Origin: Carcharhinus amblyrhynchos
Taxonomy: Eukaryota
DNA: 64,000 nucleotides
Reading direction: 5' to 3'
NCBI GenBank assembly: GCA_965287045.1
Contig: OZ336882.1
Span: 65,162,001-65,226,000 of the forward strand
The notes below the pieces were generated by a model. That model searched no databases. It had not been told where the DNA came from and worked only from the letters and a program-made list of their open reading frames with translations. Shown piece by piece: positions 1 through 11,679 of this stretch. Both the position numbers and the translations under genes were made by a program. Position 1 is the first letter of the stretch, and every line of letters begins with the position of its first letter.

Positions 1-840
1 CAGCAGGAATGGAAGCTGTCCACTTCTTTTCCAAGCTTTGGTTTGCAGGACAGGTTAGACCAGACAATATTCAAGAATGGATCAACGAGGTATAAACAAC
101 TTAACTAAGAAATTATACTCAATATTTTGACCCATATATACAATGTTAACTCGATATGCTATTGGTTTAGTGGAAAATGACCTCCACCCAGACAGTGGTG
201 ACAAATTTTCATTCGACGAACTGCTTCTTCACCAGGTCTACAAAACATTCAACAGCATGTATACTGCATCAATTCAAGACCTGCACAGACAGGGTCAGTG
301 ACAATTCCCAGGCTCACTGCAATGGCATTCTACGGAATCCCAATACTTCATAAAGAAACTGGCAGGGGCAATTGAAACAGCAAGACCAACCCTCAATCCA
401 CTTGCAATATTGTTGGGTGCTACTTTGATATGGACCCCTTGTTTGAAGAATGGTCATCCAATTTCCCAATTGGTTTTAAATGGGTTTCCAGAAGAACAAT
501 TCCAATATAGATTAAGAGTGGTGTTTGGTGATGACTCTGTTTACCGATAGACCAGAGGAAAGTAGTTTTTGCAACTCAAGGGTTAATGTGCATTGCAAGA
601 TTCTACTACCTCCTAGAAATGCTACACTGGTTGCTTATTTTACAATCAGGAGACATACAAGTGTAATTTTGTGAGGCTCTTACTGTGGAGACTTGCTTTG
701 CAGGCCATTGATTCTGTGCTATTTCTGACGTGGTCCTACCTCCAAACCATGCTCCCACCTCCTGAGGCTCAAAACTGGGAGCAGAGCTTGATAAAATTAC
801 ATCATGACGTCTTAAGGCATAAGTATAACTGCCTCTAAAA
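1..840 (+). pseudogene. Possible decayed polymerase-coding relic (RdRp-like or very old RT), unverified
   Basis: Frame +2 from 143 to 547 has only one stop and reads ..RYAIGL..GDKFSFDE..GAIETARPTLN..FPEEQFQYRLRVVFGDDSVY. Confidence 0.25.
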
Positions 841-2260
841 AATACAAGTGAAGGCTACATTTATATCTGAACTGCAACACACTGGTGCCTTTCTGTGACT
901 ATCAGCTTGCTTCCAATTAAAGGAAATCACCTCATTTTAACCTGACTATAACAAGGCCGCTGCTGCCTTTGCCATAACATTGCAAATCAGTTCAATACAT
1001 ATGCCAGACAAAGCTTTCAGCCAAAACTACCTGGTACATTTGGCTCATTTTATTTTTAAATAGAAGAGGGCACAGAGTAACATTGTAGCTGCCCTTCATC
1101 TCATGTACAGAGGGTGAAAGTGCTGATTTAAATGTGAACTGCAGGTAACTAAAATTTTCTGCTTTCCCTCACTAACAAATAAATAAAAGAAAAATTGACC
1201 AAGTTTGTTTTTTTTTACTGGGTATTGTGAGAGAGAACGCTGTTCGGAAATGAAATTAAGAGGGAAACCAGTCCGATACTGTAACTAAATTAGCATCAAA
1301 TGCAAATCACTGGGTACTTAGTGGTAGAACAGGTGCAGGGAAGGCCTTTAAATGAGACAAATGAATAAAACATCCCTCTGCACAAATGTGTACGCTGACA
1401 CAAAGTCAATTGCATGAATAATTCAGCAACCTTGCTGCTGATGCAGGGGTCACCCTGCCTCGACCTTTATGACAGGAAGTGAAATAAAAATAAGGGGGAG
1501 TGGGCGGAGAGGAATACACCAGATAAAGCTGCTAACTGTGGAATTGGCTGGAGGTATTGTTTGAGACGCACCCACCCGAATAAATGTGCCAAGAGCCTGT
1601 AGGCATACAGTGTGGCCATCGTTGCCACCGTCCCAGCTCAGAACTTTGTGCCTCTGAGCACCAGGATCCAGGTTTTATTGATTCCCCAGAGTCACGTCTG
1701 CTCCGAAATATTCCTAATGGGTTCAGCACATGATCTCCCATATCCAATCTCCCAGCTCACTCAAAAAGTCTTTTTTATCCCCCGATCTTGGATATTTTTA
1801 TATCTAATAAACAAAAACATTTTTCTGAAAAAAAAGCACAATTTCTTTTGCTGCCCCCATGAATTTTCTCATCTGTGTCCAGGAAATTAATCTTCAAATG
1901 CTGGAGACTCCAGGGTAATCCTGGAGGTGTTGGCAACACAGACAGTGAAGGTATTAAGAGATCTGAAGAATGTGGGTCACTTCACATCCAGCCTTCCAAC
2001 AAACACAGACAGCACATGGAACCGAGTCTCAGGTTACCAGTTAAAGAACTATTCTTCCAGAATCCTTGCACCAAGATAAATAAAAAACAACTGGAAAGAG
2101 CTTGATCTTTCGATTCTTTAGGATGTCCAAAACTAGGGTCCTTAAATATAAGTTTGTTATAATAAATCCGATTTAAAAAAAAATCAGGGAAACATCTTTG
2201 CCCAGGGAGCTGTTAGAATGTGTAATTTGTTACCACATAGAGTAGTTATAGCCATTAGGG

Positions 2261-2959
2261 CAACATTTCCCAAACTGGGTTGTGTGGAACCCTGGGGTTT
2301 CTGTGGGAGGTTTCCAGGGGTTCTGTGGGAGAACTTTGAAACTGCCCTTCCAGTTTGTCCAGTCACAGGTGTCTTCCGCCCTGCACTGGCACCTTATAGG
2401 CACAGCAGTCAGTCTATCAGCAGTCAATGCACTGAGAATGTAGGCTCTGATTGAATGAGCCAGAAAAAGTGCCAAAGTGAGTATTAAAAGTCCAAGGCAG
2501 GGCTGATGGCGAAGGCCCAGCAGGCAGCAGGCCAGATGGCTGAGCAGGCAGCTGACAGTGAAGTGGATGACTGATGATGGAGCACAACATGGAGAGAAAG
2601 CCATGGAGAGGCATAGGGAGAGGGCATTGGGGAGAGGGCATTTGGGGTAGAGAGCCATAGAGAGAGAGAGAGTGCCATGGAGTAAGAGCCATGGGGACAG
2701 GGTATTGGGGAGGGTGTATTAAGGAGTGGGTACTGGAGAGAGATTGCCATGGGAAGAGGAGAAAGTGGGGTCAGTCTTTACTCTGTTGAGCAAAATAATG
2801 GTTTAATGATAATAAACACATATATATATAGATAGAAAACACTTCAACACATTTGTTTCCTACATTTATACCTATTTCACTAAAAATATGTTTGGGGTTC
2901 TATTAATGCTTTTGGGAGGTCAAAAGAGTTTGGCATCCAGAAGGATTTGGGAAAACCTG
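2261..2959. mobile_element. hAT (Charlie-like) non-autonomous element inserted in a CR1 3' fragment (~2125-2260 and ~2960-3130)
   Basis: Terminal inverted repeats CAACATTTCCCAAAC and GATTTGGGAAAACCTG. Degenerate 8-bp TSD cattaggg / ccataggc with central TA. Internal gccatgg-gaga repeats. CR1 3' sequence resumes on both sides. Confidence 0.65.
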
Positions 2960-4329
2960 CCATAGGCATTTTCAAGGGAAAGTTAGATACACACATGAGG
3001 GAGAAAGCAAAAAAAGGCTATATAGTTAGGGTGAGGTGAAGTAGGGTAGAAGAAGGCTTGTGTGGAACGTAAACACTAGCAACAGACCCATTTGGTTGAA
3101 TGACCTAGTTCTTTTCTGTAAAATGCTATGTAATTAGACAAGCTTTATTTGTTTATTTATTTATGTACCCTTCAGCATTTTTTTGGTCTTCTGAGATGCA
3201 GTAGACCAAACATTCTCGATCTTGGGCTCAGCGTTAAAAGCCAATTTGAGAGCTGGGGGCTTCAACATAAACTTGTACTTTTTTTCTTAATTCCCCTTGT
3301 GGATGCCAGGGGTAGCCCAGATGGTTCCAATTTAGAAACTAACAGTTTCCCTTATCCCCAAGTGCTAAAGAAAATAATCCACTGCCGGGACCCTTCCCTG
3401 GGAATAGCAATGAGTGTCTGAGCCCTGATGCAATTTAAATCATTCATTTACGTTTCGGAACAAAAGAAGAGGAAATCTTGTTTAAATTAATCAACATGTA
3501 AGCTTTATGTATCACTCAGAAAAAAATCATTCACAAACGACTGCTGAATTAACTTTTCCAAAGATGCTTTCCACCTTTTCTTTCTTACATTGCATAGAAT
3601 TAATGCTTTCTGATCATCCTCTTTATCCTCTCCTCAGAGATGCATTGGATTAACATGGCAACTCCTTAAAGCACCACACATGAATTAATTGCTACAAGTT
3701 GTTGGCCTGAACTTTCTGGCCTGTTCAGGCCAAAGGGATCTTCTGTTCCCACCAACGGCGCAACACCATTCTCCATCCTACTACCACCCCCCAGCCCTCC
3801 GCAACCGTCCCCCCCCCACCCCCCAACACACACACATTCACAGCGGCGAGGGCTGTATTCAATGGGAAACCCATTGACAATGGCAGGACCAGAGAATCCC
3901 ACTGCCAGCCAATGCCACCACTGCCTCAAGACATGCAGAAGGTTGCACAGAAAATCCACCCATTACGTGGATGACCCTGGCAACCTTTTGGCACACAAGC
4001 AGACCCCAACAACAGCACAGAGAAGAATGATAAAGTGGCCTTTTTTTTAGTGGCCTTGATAAAGGGAGGAATTTTGGCCAAGATACTGGAGGGCATCTTG
4101 CTCTTTTCAAATATGGGATCTTTATTGTCCACTTGATCTGGTAGTCAGGACCTTGTTTTCACACTTCATCCATTGGACAGGCACTGACTTCTTGCTGGCC
4201 TAGGGTGTTCTCCAAAATGTCGTCCAAATAGCCCCTCTTTATGGAAGAGCCTCAGCGGGACATTTACCAGCTGTGCTGGGTCCTGAATCCAAACTTACAC
4301 CAAGTATTGATCATCAATCATCCCTGTGA

Positions 4330-4710
4330 TTTAAATTGGTTCCCACTCTGGCAATGTCTCCACTTTACAATTTTCATCCTTGCTTGCAAATCCCTCAATG
4401 GCCTCATCATTCCTTATCTCAGTTACATCCATTCCAAGCATTCAGTGATCCCCCAATTCAGCCCTGTTGCCAATCCCCAATTTCCTTCCCTCCACCCAGC
4501 CACCTAGGCACTGAGACTCTAGAATTCCCTCCTTAAACCTCTGTTTCGTTCTCTTGCTCCTTCAGTTAAGGTGCTCCTTAAGGTCTATCTTCTTGACCAA
4601 GCTTTTGGCCACCTGTCCAAATATCTCCTCATGTGATGCCACATTTGGTTTGATAACCATGGGATGTTTTACTATGTTAAAGGCGCTGCACAAATGCAAG
4701 TTCCTGGTGT
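4330..4710 (+). mobile_element. Old L2-like LINE 3' fragment; related piece at ~21480-21755
   Basis: Shared 3' end gttaaaggcgctgcacaaatgcaagtt / gttaaaggtgctatataaatgcaagtgg, with L2 C-terminal remnants upstream. Confidence 0.55.
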
Positions 4711-5639
4711 TGTTAATTGTTATTCACCCTTGCAAAGAAATCACGACAAAGATCAGGTTAGTAAAGAATTCCAATGCCCCCACAGTCGAATAGTCTACTG
4801 ACATTCACCGTCTAGATTCACGCATGAGGTATAGAGCACTGAACAAAGCAATGGGTGAAATAGTTAGCAAACACTCTTGTAAAATTCAGCACTTTCAAAA
4901 GAGCAGCGGAGGAATTGATATGTTAAAAAACACTCTTAAATATTCTTTTTCAGGCAGAGTACGTGCAGGAGAATGCCACACTGCAATTGCTGGTAGTTTT
5001 ACACATAGCACATTCAGAGGAGCAAAGAGGCTTTATGACAGCATAAATATGCATTAAAAATGTATAAAAGCCCTGTTTAAAAGCCCCAAACTTGTCTCTC
5101 TGAAACTGAGCTCAGTCAGCAAGTTAAGAAATAGCTGAGAGATAGCAGGATCTCGCTGCATCAAAAAAACAAACAAAACTCTCTAAAGTCAGTACTTCAT
5201 TCCTTAAATGGGCTCACAGACACTAAATACACCATTATAGCCAGTTGAAAGCAAATCTCCACTATAATTCGGATGTGTTATCTCAATCTGGCAATTGCTA
5301 TGTCTGCAACAAAATCTGTATCAAAATCAGAAAGCTCCCTCGCACGTTATCAGAAGGCCTGCCATTTATTTATTTCCAGTTTTCTCCCCTTCTTGCCCAA
5401 ATGCACTCGGTCAAGTTGGAGGTAGATTCAATTGGTGCACACTGGTACCTCACCCAGATCACTGTTCCCTTGCATATGAATCATAAGTGGAAGCTGATGC
5501 AGCACACTCATGCAGTGACAATTGAGATCCAGTCACTCCCTGGACACTGGGCAAGCCCAGGATAGAGCTAGGCTGTGATGCTCCCCATGACAGAACGACC
5601 AGAATACTTTCTGCTAAATGTGCTGAGAATAGTTCTCAA

Positions 5640-5833
5640 ATCATAGAAATCATAGAACCCTACAGTGCAGAAAGAGGCCCTTCTGCCCATCGAGTCTGCA
5701 CCGAACACAATCCCACCCCGGCCCTACCCCCATATCCCTACATATTATACCCACTAATCGCTCTAACCTATGCATCCCTGGACACTAAGGGGCAATTTCC
5801 TAGCATGGCCAATCAACCTAACCCGCACACCTT
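5640..5833 (-). mobile_element. 5'-truncated HE1/V-SINE (3' half and tail)
   Basis: catagaaatcatagaaccctacagtgcagaaagaggcc..gacactaaggggcaattt..ggccaatcaacctaacccgcac matches the 3' half of the other copies. Confidence 0.85.
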
Positions 5834-6301
5834 TCTACCTCCTTTCCATATTTCTTGCACAGCTACTGCGATTAAGGTACTGGAGGAACACATCCTCTGT
5901 TTCTTAACGAGAGAACGCAGCGTTTCTTCTCACATCTCTTTGGCAGAAATTCAGCAACCTCCCTCCTGTCGCTGTGTTGAAATTTTCCCTTTGATCAAAC
6001 AAACAAATCAAGCTGAACCTCAGCCCTTCATGAAAACTGCCACAACTATTAGTCCATTAGCAGAGTCACAAAACTGCCAGTTCAATTGCAATGAAAACTG
6101 AACAGTCTGAGCAGACGATCATGGCCTTCCTAATCGGCAGAGGTCAGATAATTTACCCCCACAGAATGTTGATTCACATTAATTATGCAGCACTATTTTT
6201 ATTCATAAAGCCATTAAAACATTGTGATGTCCTAACTATTATAGAGTCTGTACAAACTAAAAAAACAGCCTACAACCCTATCACTCCTCATTCTTTTATC
6301 G

Positions 6302-6588
6302 CAATGGTTTTCAACCTTTTTCTTTCGCGAACAAAATATATATTGTGAAATTCTGTGGGATCCCAATCCTCTCCCTCTTCTCCCCACCCACACATTTATA
6401 CATTAGAAAACAAAAATTAGAACAAAACAAACACGATTGAGTGAATGAATGACTGTTTTTCATTAAATCTGAGAACAATACATCTTGAAAAATTTGGTAC
6501 GATTTTCAAATGACTTGAAAATTGCATGGAATCCTCTAGGTTTTTCATGGAATCCTTGGGTTCTGTCAAACCCTGGTTGTAAGTATCG
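6302..6588. mobile_element. hAT (Charlie-like) MITE
   Basis: Termini CAATGGTTTTCAACC and GGTTGTAAGTATCG. 8-bp flanks ttttatcg / ctttatag (6/8, central TA). Confidence 0.55.
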
Positions 6589-6749
6589 CTTTATAGTCTG
6601 TAACCCTAATACTCTATCCGAGTTTGCATGTTTATCGAGAGCCTTGCAGTAAATTATTTATTCACAATAATAAAGACAGTGGATCATGCAGGTAAGCGTA
6701 ACCAATGTTTGATTCCCAGTATTTTCCGATCCCAACCAAGAGCGGTTTG

Positions 6750-7255
6750 TGGGGGGGTGGGGTGGGTGGTGGTGGAAAGTGTGGGTGTTAGGGTACAGCT
6801 GGGAAGCTCATTGTATTTCATGTGATGGGGTGGAGGGGAAGAGGTGGGGTGGGGGGAGGGGTGGGGGAAAGGGAGAGGGGAAGGGTGGGAAGAGGGTGTG
6901 GGGGAGGAGAGGAGGGAGGGGAGAGGGAGTGGGGGAAGGGGATGGTGGAGGGGGTGGGGGATGGGGATGGGCTGGTGCAGGAGGGTGAGGGAAGAGATGT
7001 GGAGAAGGGAGGGAGTGATTGGAGGGGGTGGGGGAAGCGGGAGAGGGGATGGGGACAGGCGAGAGGAAGAAGAGCGGCGGGGAGGGAGAGGGGTGTGGAG
7101 GGGGAGAGGGGTGCAGAGGGGGAGGGGGTGTGAAGAGGTGGAGGGTGGTGTGGAGGGGGAGGTTGGGTGGGGAGGGAGAGAGTGGGATGGAGGGGGGAGG
7201 GATTGGAGGGGGTGGGGAGGGGAGATGGGATGGGGAGGGGGCAGGAATGGGGAGT
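6750..7255 (+). repeat. G-rich polypurine low-complexity tract
   Basis: About 500 nt of almost uninterrupted G-runs separated by A/T. Confidence 0.95.
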
Positions 7256-10200
7256 GTCCGGGTGGCACAACAGGAATTGGAGAAAAGCAGTGGCCTGTGG
7301 CAACTCTGAATATCTCTTTCAGAATAAGGCAGAATTGCAAAAAGTAGTCCATTCCCACCTCAGTGAAGACTTACAAGCATGTTTGGAAAGATTTAGTTAA
7401 CTATGATATATTGGGGCCTATGCTTTCACGTTTATCAGGCTACAAGTCTCCTCTTTCCAAATTTCTTGATGAATGCGTGTCCCACCCCAATCCCTTCACG
7501 GATGCTGAGAGACATACATAAGCTTTGTATCAGATAAAAGATTATGAAGAAGGGAGGAAATAAAGGAGGATGGCTACAAAAAAAATCTATTAGCTGTCAG
7601 TGCCTGCATGTCCATTTGAATGACTTCAGATTAAGGTAATTGAAGTAATCTCATTGAAAAAGTCAAAGGCCCAACATTCCTGCGCCGCAGCATTTGGATG
7701 AGACAGCAAACAACATCAATATTACATAGGTGTCAACTAACAGGCTTATACTTTTATTAAAAATGTAATGCCTCAAACAGTTTTAACCAGATTTTAATCC
7801 CTTGAAATTCAAAGTTAATAGCTGCCTTGAAAATATTGAGATAGAGACACCAAAACAATTTACTGCCTGGCTGTCAGTTCATTTTGCTCTCAGTCTTCCC
7901 CCTGGAAGGTGTCAGTCTCCCAATTCATCTGTTGTGCTTCTGTCACCGTTTCTAATTTAATCCAAGTTTTAAGCATGTTTTACAATTCATGAAACAAAGA
8001 TGTTTTGGACCACATACTAACTTTGTTGTCATTCATTATAGGTAGTCATAAAGTCTGTATTAAAGGGAGGTATAATGTCCTTGATCAGGCTTTACCTGAG
8101 GGAGTGTGTTGAAAATAAAACCCAGAATCTACAAGTAACCTACTGAGGTTGCTTTTAGCCATTTCTCTCTTGACTTGGAGTATCTCTTAAAGAAAACCTT
8201 TCCCGATGGTTTTGAGGTTACATACGTCACCCAGCACGGAACCCAAAGAGGTGCCACTCACCACTTCTGCCCACCTGAGGGTTGCCAACCCTCCAGGCTT
8301 AGAGTTTCCAGGATTAAAAGATGAACCTCTTGCTGGGTGCTGCAGCCTGCAAAAAGGCAGTTTGAGTAATGGATACAGATCCTGCAATCAGTTCATGAAA
8401 AGTCTGTTGGCTTCCCATCAGTGAGCAGTGCCTTATGAGGATGGGCATAACCAATGAAGGGGGCAGGCAGCGGGGTGGGGGGGTTGGGTGGAATAAATGG
8501 TCAAAGATGGAATTTCCATCCAGAGATGGCAATCCATACCCAGGCCCCATAATCGGTTACCCAAGGGTATTAGCTGCCAATGAAAATGTGCTGAACATAA
8601 GCCATCAGTAGAGAAAATTGACCCCCTTCCAAAAAAAAACCAAACAGCCAGCTTATTTTCAGATAGGAAAGAGGAAATGGTAAGTTGTAGCAGTTGTGTC
8701 ATCAAAGGTACTTTAATCAAGTTGCGCCTGACTTTAATCAACATCATCAATAAATGGATTTTATCCAGCAATGAGGGTCAATGGTGAGTGGCTGGCAGCA
8801 GTAATCCTTCCCTAGGTCAGAGGCATTAACACGAAAGAAAAAGACAACAGGATGGTTTCAATGGATCAACGGATAAAGGCACTACCCACTGCAATGTTGA
8901 GTTAACAAAAGCAAGAATGCTATGTCTTGGTGTTTGCTGAGTCTCAGACAGAGTAACATTAGGCTCTCTGGATTGGCCACAACACTCTGGAATAGAAATA
9001 ATTAGGTTCCTGCCTCAGGTCAATGCATCAATACTTTGCTGAAAGTATGTACACATGGACTCCAGATGAGGGGCAAGATTGGGTTGTAATATCCCTGACA
9101 GATACCTTTGCCGAAAGTCTCCATCCTCATTCGTGGCTGGTTTCTCTGGTGCCGTTGAAAGTGAATGGAGTTTTGGCTGGAATACCAAATTCTCCATTTT
9201 CACTTGCAGCAGGGCAGCCATGGAAGAGATTGAAGAATTTCATCCCATGTCAACACTCACTTGTACATGGAAACGCGAGACAGGACTTTTTCGGGTAGTG
9301 AGGTTTCCCTTCTTACCACCTGAAGAGTTGGCAGTGAATGTATTTGCATCAAAACCGACTGCCTCTCAACCATTTAATGCTCCAAGCGGTGGTAATTGTT
9401 TAGTACGTTCTCAGAGTGGAGGGCAGTGGAATGTCCATCCGGGGTACTTTACACACCTCTTCCCATCTCTCTCTCTCTCTCTCCTCCACATTCCGCCGCC
9501 CCCCACCCCCTCCCCCGCAATCACCTGCAGGATGATGTAAAATTCTGCCCTAGTTCACATAGATGAATATTTCATAGTGGCCGATGTTTGCAGAGTGACA
9601 GAGAGGAATGGGGGGTGGGGGGGGTGGTGGTGTTTGGTAAATAGCAGAGAGAAAACACTATGTTGTGCTTAATAATTAAAAATAATAATTTCAATGTGTG
9701 TCTCTGGCTTGGTGATTAGGTTCATTTGTTTAGTGACTGTCATGGTTCCAGCCACTTCCAGTGCATGTAAAGGAAACCTAATTAATAAAAGCTCCTGTCA
9801 TTAGTTCTTCAGCATAATTAGTACAATATATGTTAATTACCTGTGTAACAAAAAATCTAATAAACCCTTTGGAATGGCAATGTGCTAGCAGCTTTTACAG
9901 AGTGGTGTAAAAGTTATTGGTCTCTTCAAGATAATAGTAATATGCAGGATTTAGTGCTTTGGATAGACTGGCTTTTCCTAATAGCCTCTTTCTCTTGACC
10001 CAAGCCCCAAGGCAAGGTCAGTCAAATATCCCATTCCTTCAGCCTGGGATACTGCACCAGTGGGGGCCACCATGTGTGTTCATTCTTCATGTGCAAGCAT
10101 GGACAGGGTTGCGCTTACATATTCAGGCCAGGAGGCTTCCTGTGTTCCAGTGCCCTGCTGATCTGTGGCCCTAGAGAAGGCCACTGTTCATTGTGTCTTG

Positions 10201-10329
10201 ACGGCTCATTTCGAGCCTGCTGCCATGGTGTAGATGGGCCAGTCCCCAACAAAGCACCACTGGGTATTCCTAGTCTCGACTGTAAGGGGGAATTTTCCAA
10301 AGGGTGAGATCTGAGTATCATAGAAAAAA

Positions 10330-10820
10330 TGCAAACAATAGGCCTGATGGACCTGTTATAAAACACCACTGGGATATGGTGTCCACTTCTTGGCACCACA
10401 CTATAGACGCAATGTGAAGGTATTACAGAAGGTACAGAAAAGACTCATAAGAATGGTTCTAGAGTTGAGGATGTTCAGTTAAGTAGATAGATTTGAGAAG
10501 CTGGGACTTTTTTCCTTGGAGAAGAGAAAATTAATAGGAGATTTGATCAAGGCATTTGAAATTATGAGGGAACTGGACAGGGTAGGGAGGGTGAAATGGT
10601 TTCCCTTGTTGGAAGCATCGAGAACCAGAGGACATAGATTTAAGGTTATTGGCAAAAGAAGCAATGGCAACATGAGGAAAAACATTCATTTTAAGAGAGA
10701 AAATTTGCAGGGCTACAGAGAAAAAGCAGAGGATAGCATCAAGTGAATTATTCTTGCAGAGAGCCAGCACTGATATGATGGGTTGAATGGTTTCTTCTGC
10801 TGTAATCATTCTAAGATTCA
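10330..10820 (+). mobile_element. Decayed CR1 LINE 3' fragment
   Basis: KLGLFSLEKRKLIGDLIKAFEIMR..FPL..SRTRGHRFKV resembles the C-terminus of the intact CR1 ORF2. Confidence 0.8.
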
Positions 10821-11024
10821 GCATGTGCCATTTCGCCAGGGTTTATGCTGCTTTTCTGCCAAAGTGGGTGAACTCTTGTGCTGCCTTTTCTCACTGTCAG
10901 ATTTTCCCTCATTCCCTTATGGGAACCAGGAAGGATTTTTTTGCTTCCATTCCTGGGGTGGGTGGAAGCATTGCAGGGAAGTGTCAGACCCTGATTTTTT
11001 TCTTCATTCAAGGGATGGGGGCGT

Positions 11025-11362
11025 CATTGGCTGAGCCAGCATTTCTTGCCCATCTCTAATTGAATGTTCGTTGAATTGAGTGGCTTCCAGAGAGCATTTA
11101 AGGTCTGCTGTGGATCTGGAGTCACATGTAGGTTAGACCAGGTAAGGACGGCAATATTCCTTTCCTGAAGAACGTTAGTGAACCAGATGGGTTTTTACAA
11201 CAATCGACAACGGCTTATTGGTCAGCAACATACTTTAAATTCCAGATACTTTATGGAGTTTAAATGGCTCTGCCATGGTGGGATTTGAACCTGGGCCCCA
11301 AGAACATTACCCTGGGTTTCTGGATTAGTAGTTCATTGACAATACCATTATGACACCACCAA
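11025..11362 (-). mobile_element. tRNA-derived SINE carrying the same L2/CR1-group tail; partial copies at ~20760-20920, ~29720-29840 and ~49070-49180
   Basis: Minus-strand head ggtggtgtcataatggtattg..ggttcaaatcccaccatggcag (A/B boxes) and tail gatgggcaagaaatgctggctcagcc. Confidence 0.65.
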
Positions 11363-11437
11363 TCCTGAATTCTGCCTCAAGATCTGGAATCTCCCTAGCC
11401 TGATTGTGTAGTTAACCACTAAAAAATTAAGCAAGGC

Positions 11438-11679
11438 TAGGGTTGCCAACCTTCCAGGATGACCCTGGAGACTCCAGGAATTGAAAATTAATCTCTTGGA
11501 CACTGCTGCAAGCAACCTTGGAGAAAAATCATTGGGGCATTTTCTTTGAATACTTCCATTTATTACATATAAAAATGTTGGAGACAGGGGAAAACTTGTT
11601 TTACTGGATGGTGTATTGGTTGCCGGTAGCCAGATGATGAAACCTCCAGGAATACACCAAACCTGGGTTAGTAACCATA
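11438..11679. mobile_element. hAT-type MITE with TAGGGTTGCCAAC termini; related copies at ~1540-1940 (opposite orientation) and ~8278-8538
   Basis: TIRs TAGGGTTGCCAAC and GTTAGTAACCATA; TSD agcaaggc / aacaaggc (7/8). A subterminal motif like ccctggagactccaggaatt..aattaat is shared among the three copies. Confidence 0.7.

Noticed and set aside
1300-1307. Isolated octamer ATGCAAAT (also 9342-9349) as a B-cell enhancer
   Set aside because: A few copies are expected by chance in 64 kb of AT-rich DNA, so it is uninformative without conservation.
6684-7400. Overlapping long Pro-rich and Gly-rich ORFs (up to 224 aa)
   Set aside because: Artefact of the G-rich low-complexity tract, which lacks stop codons in all frames.
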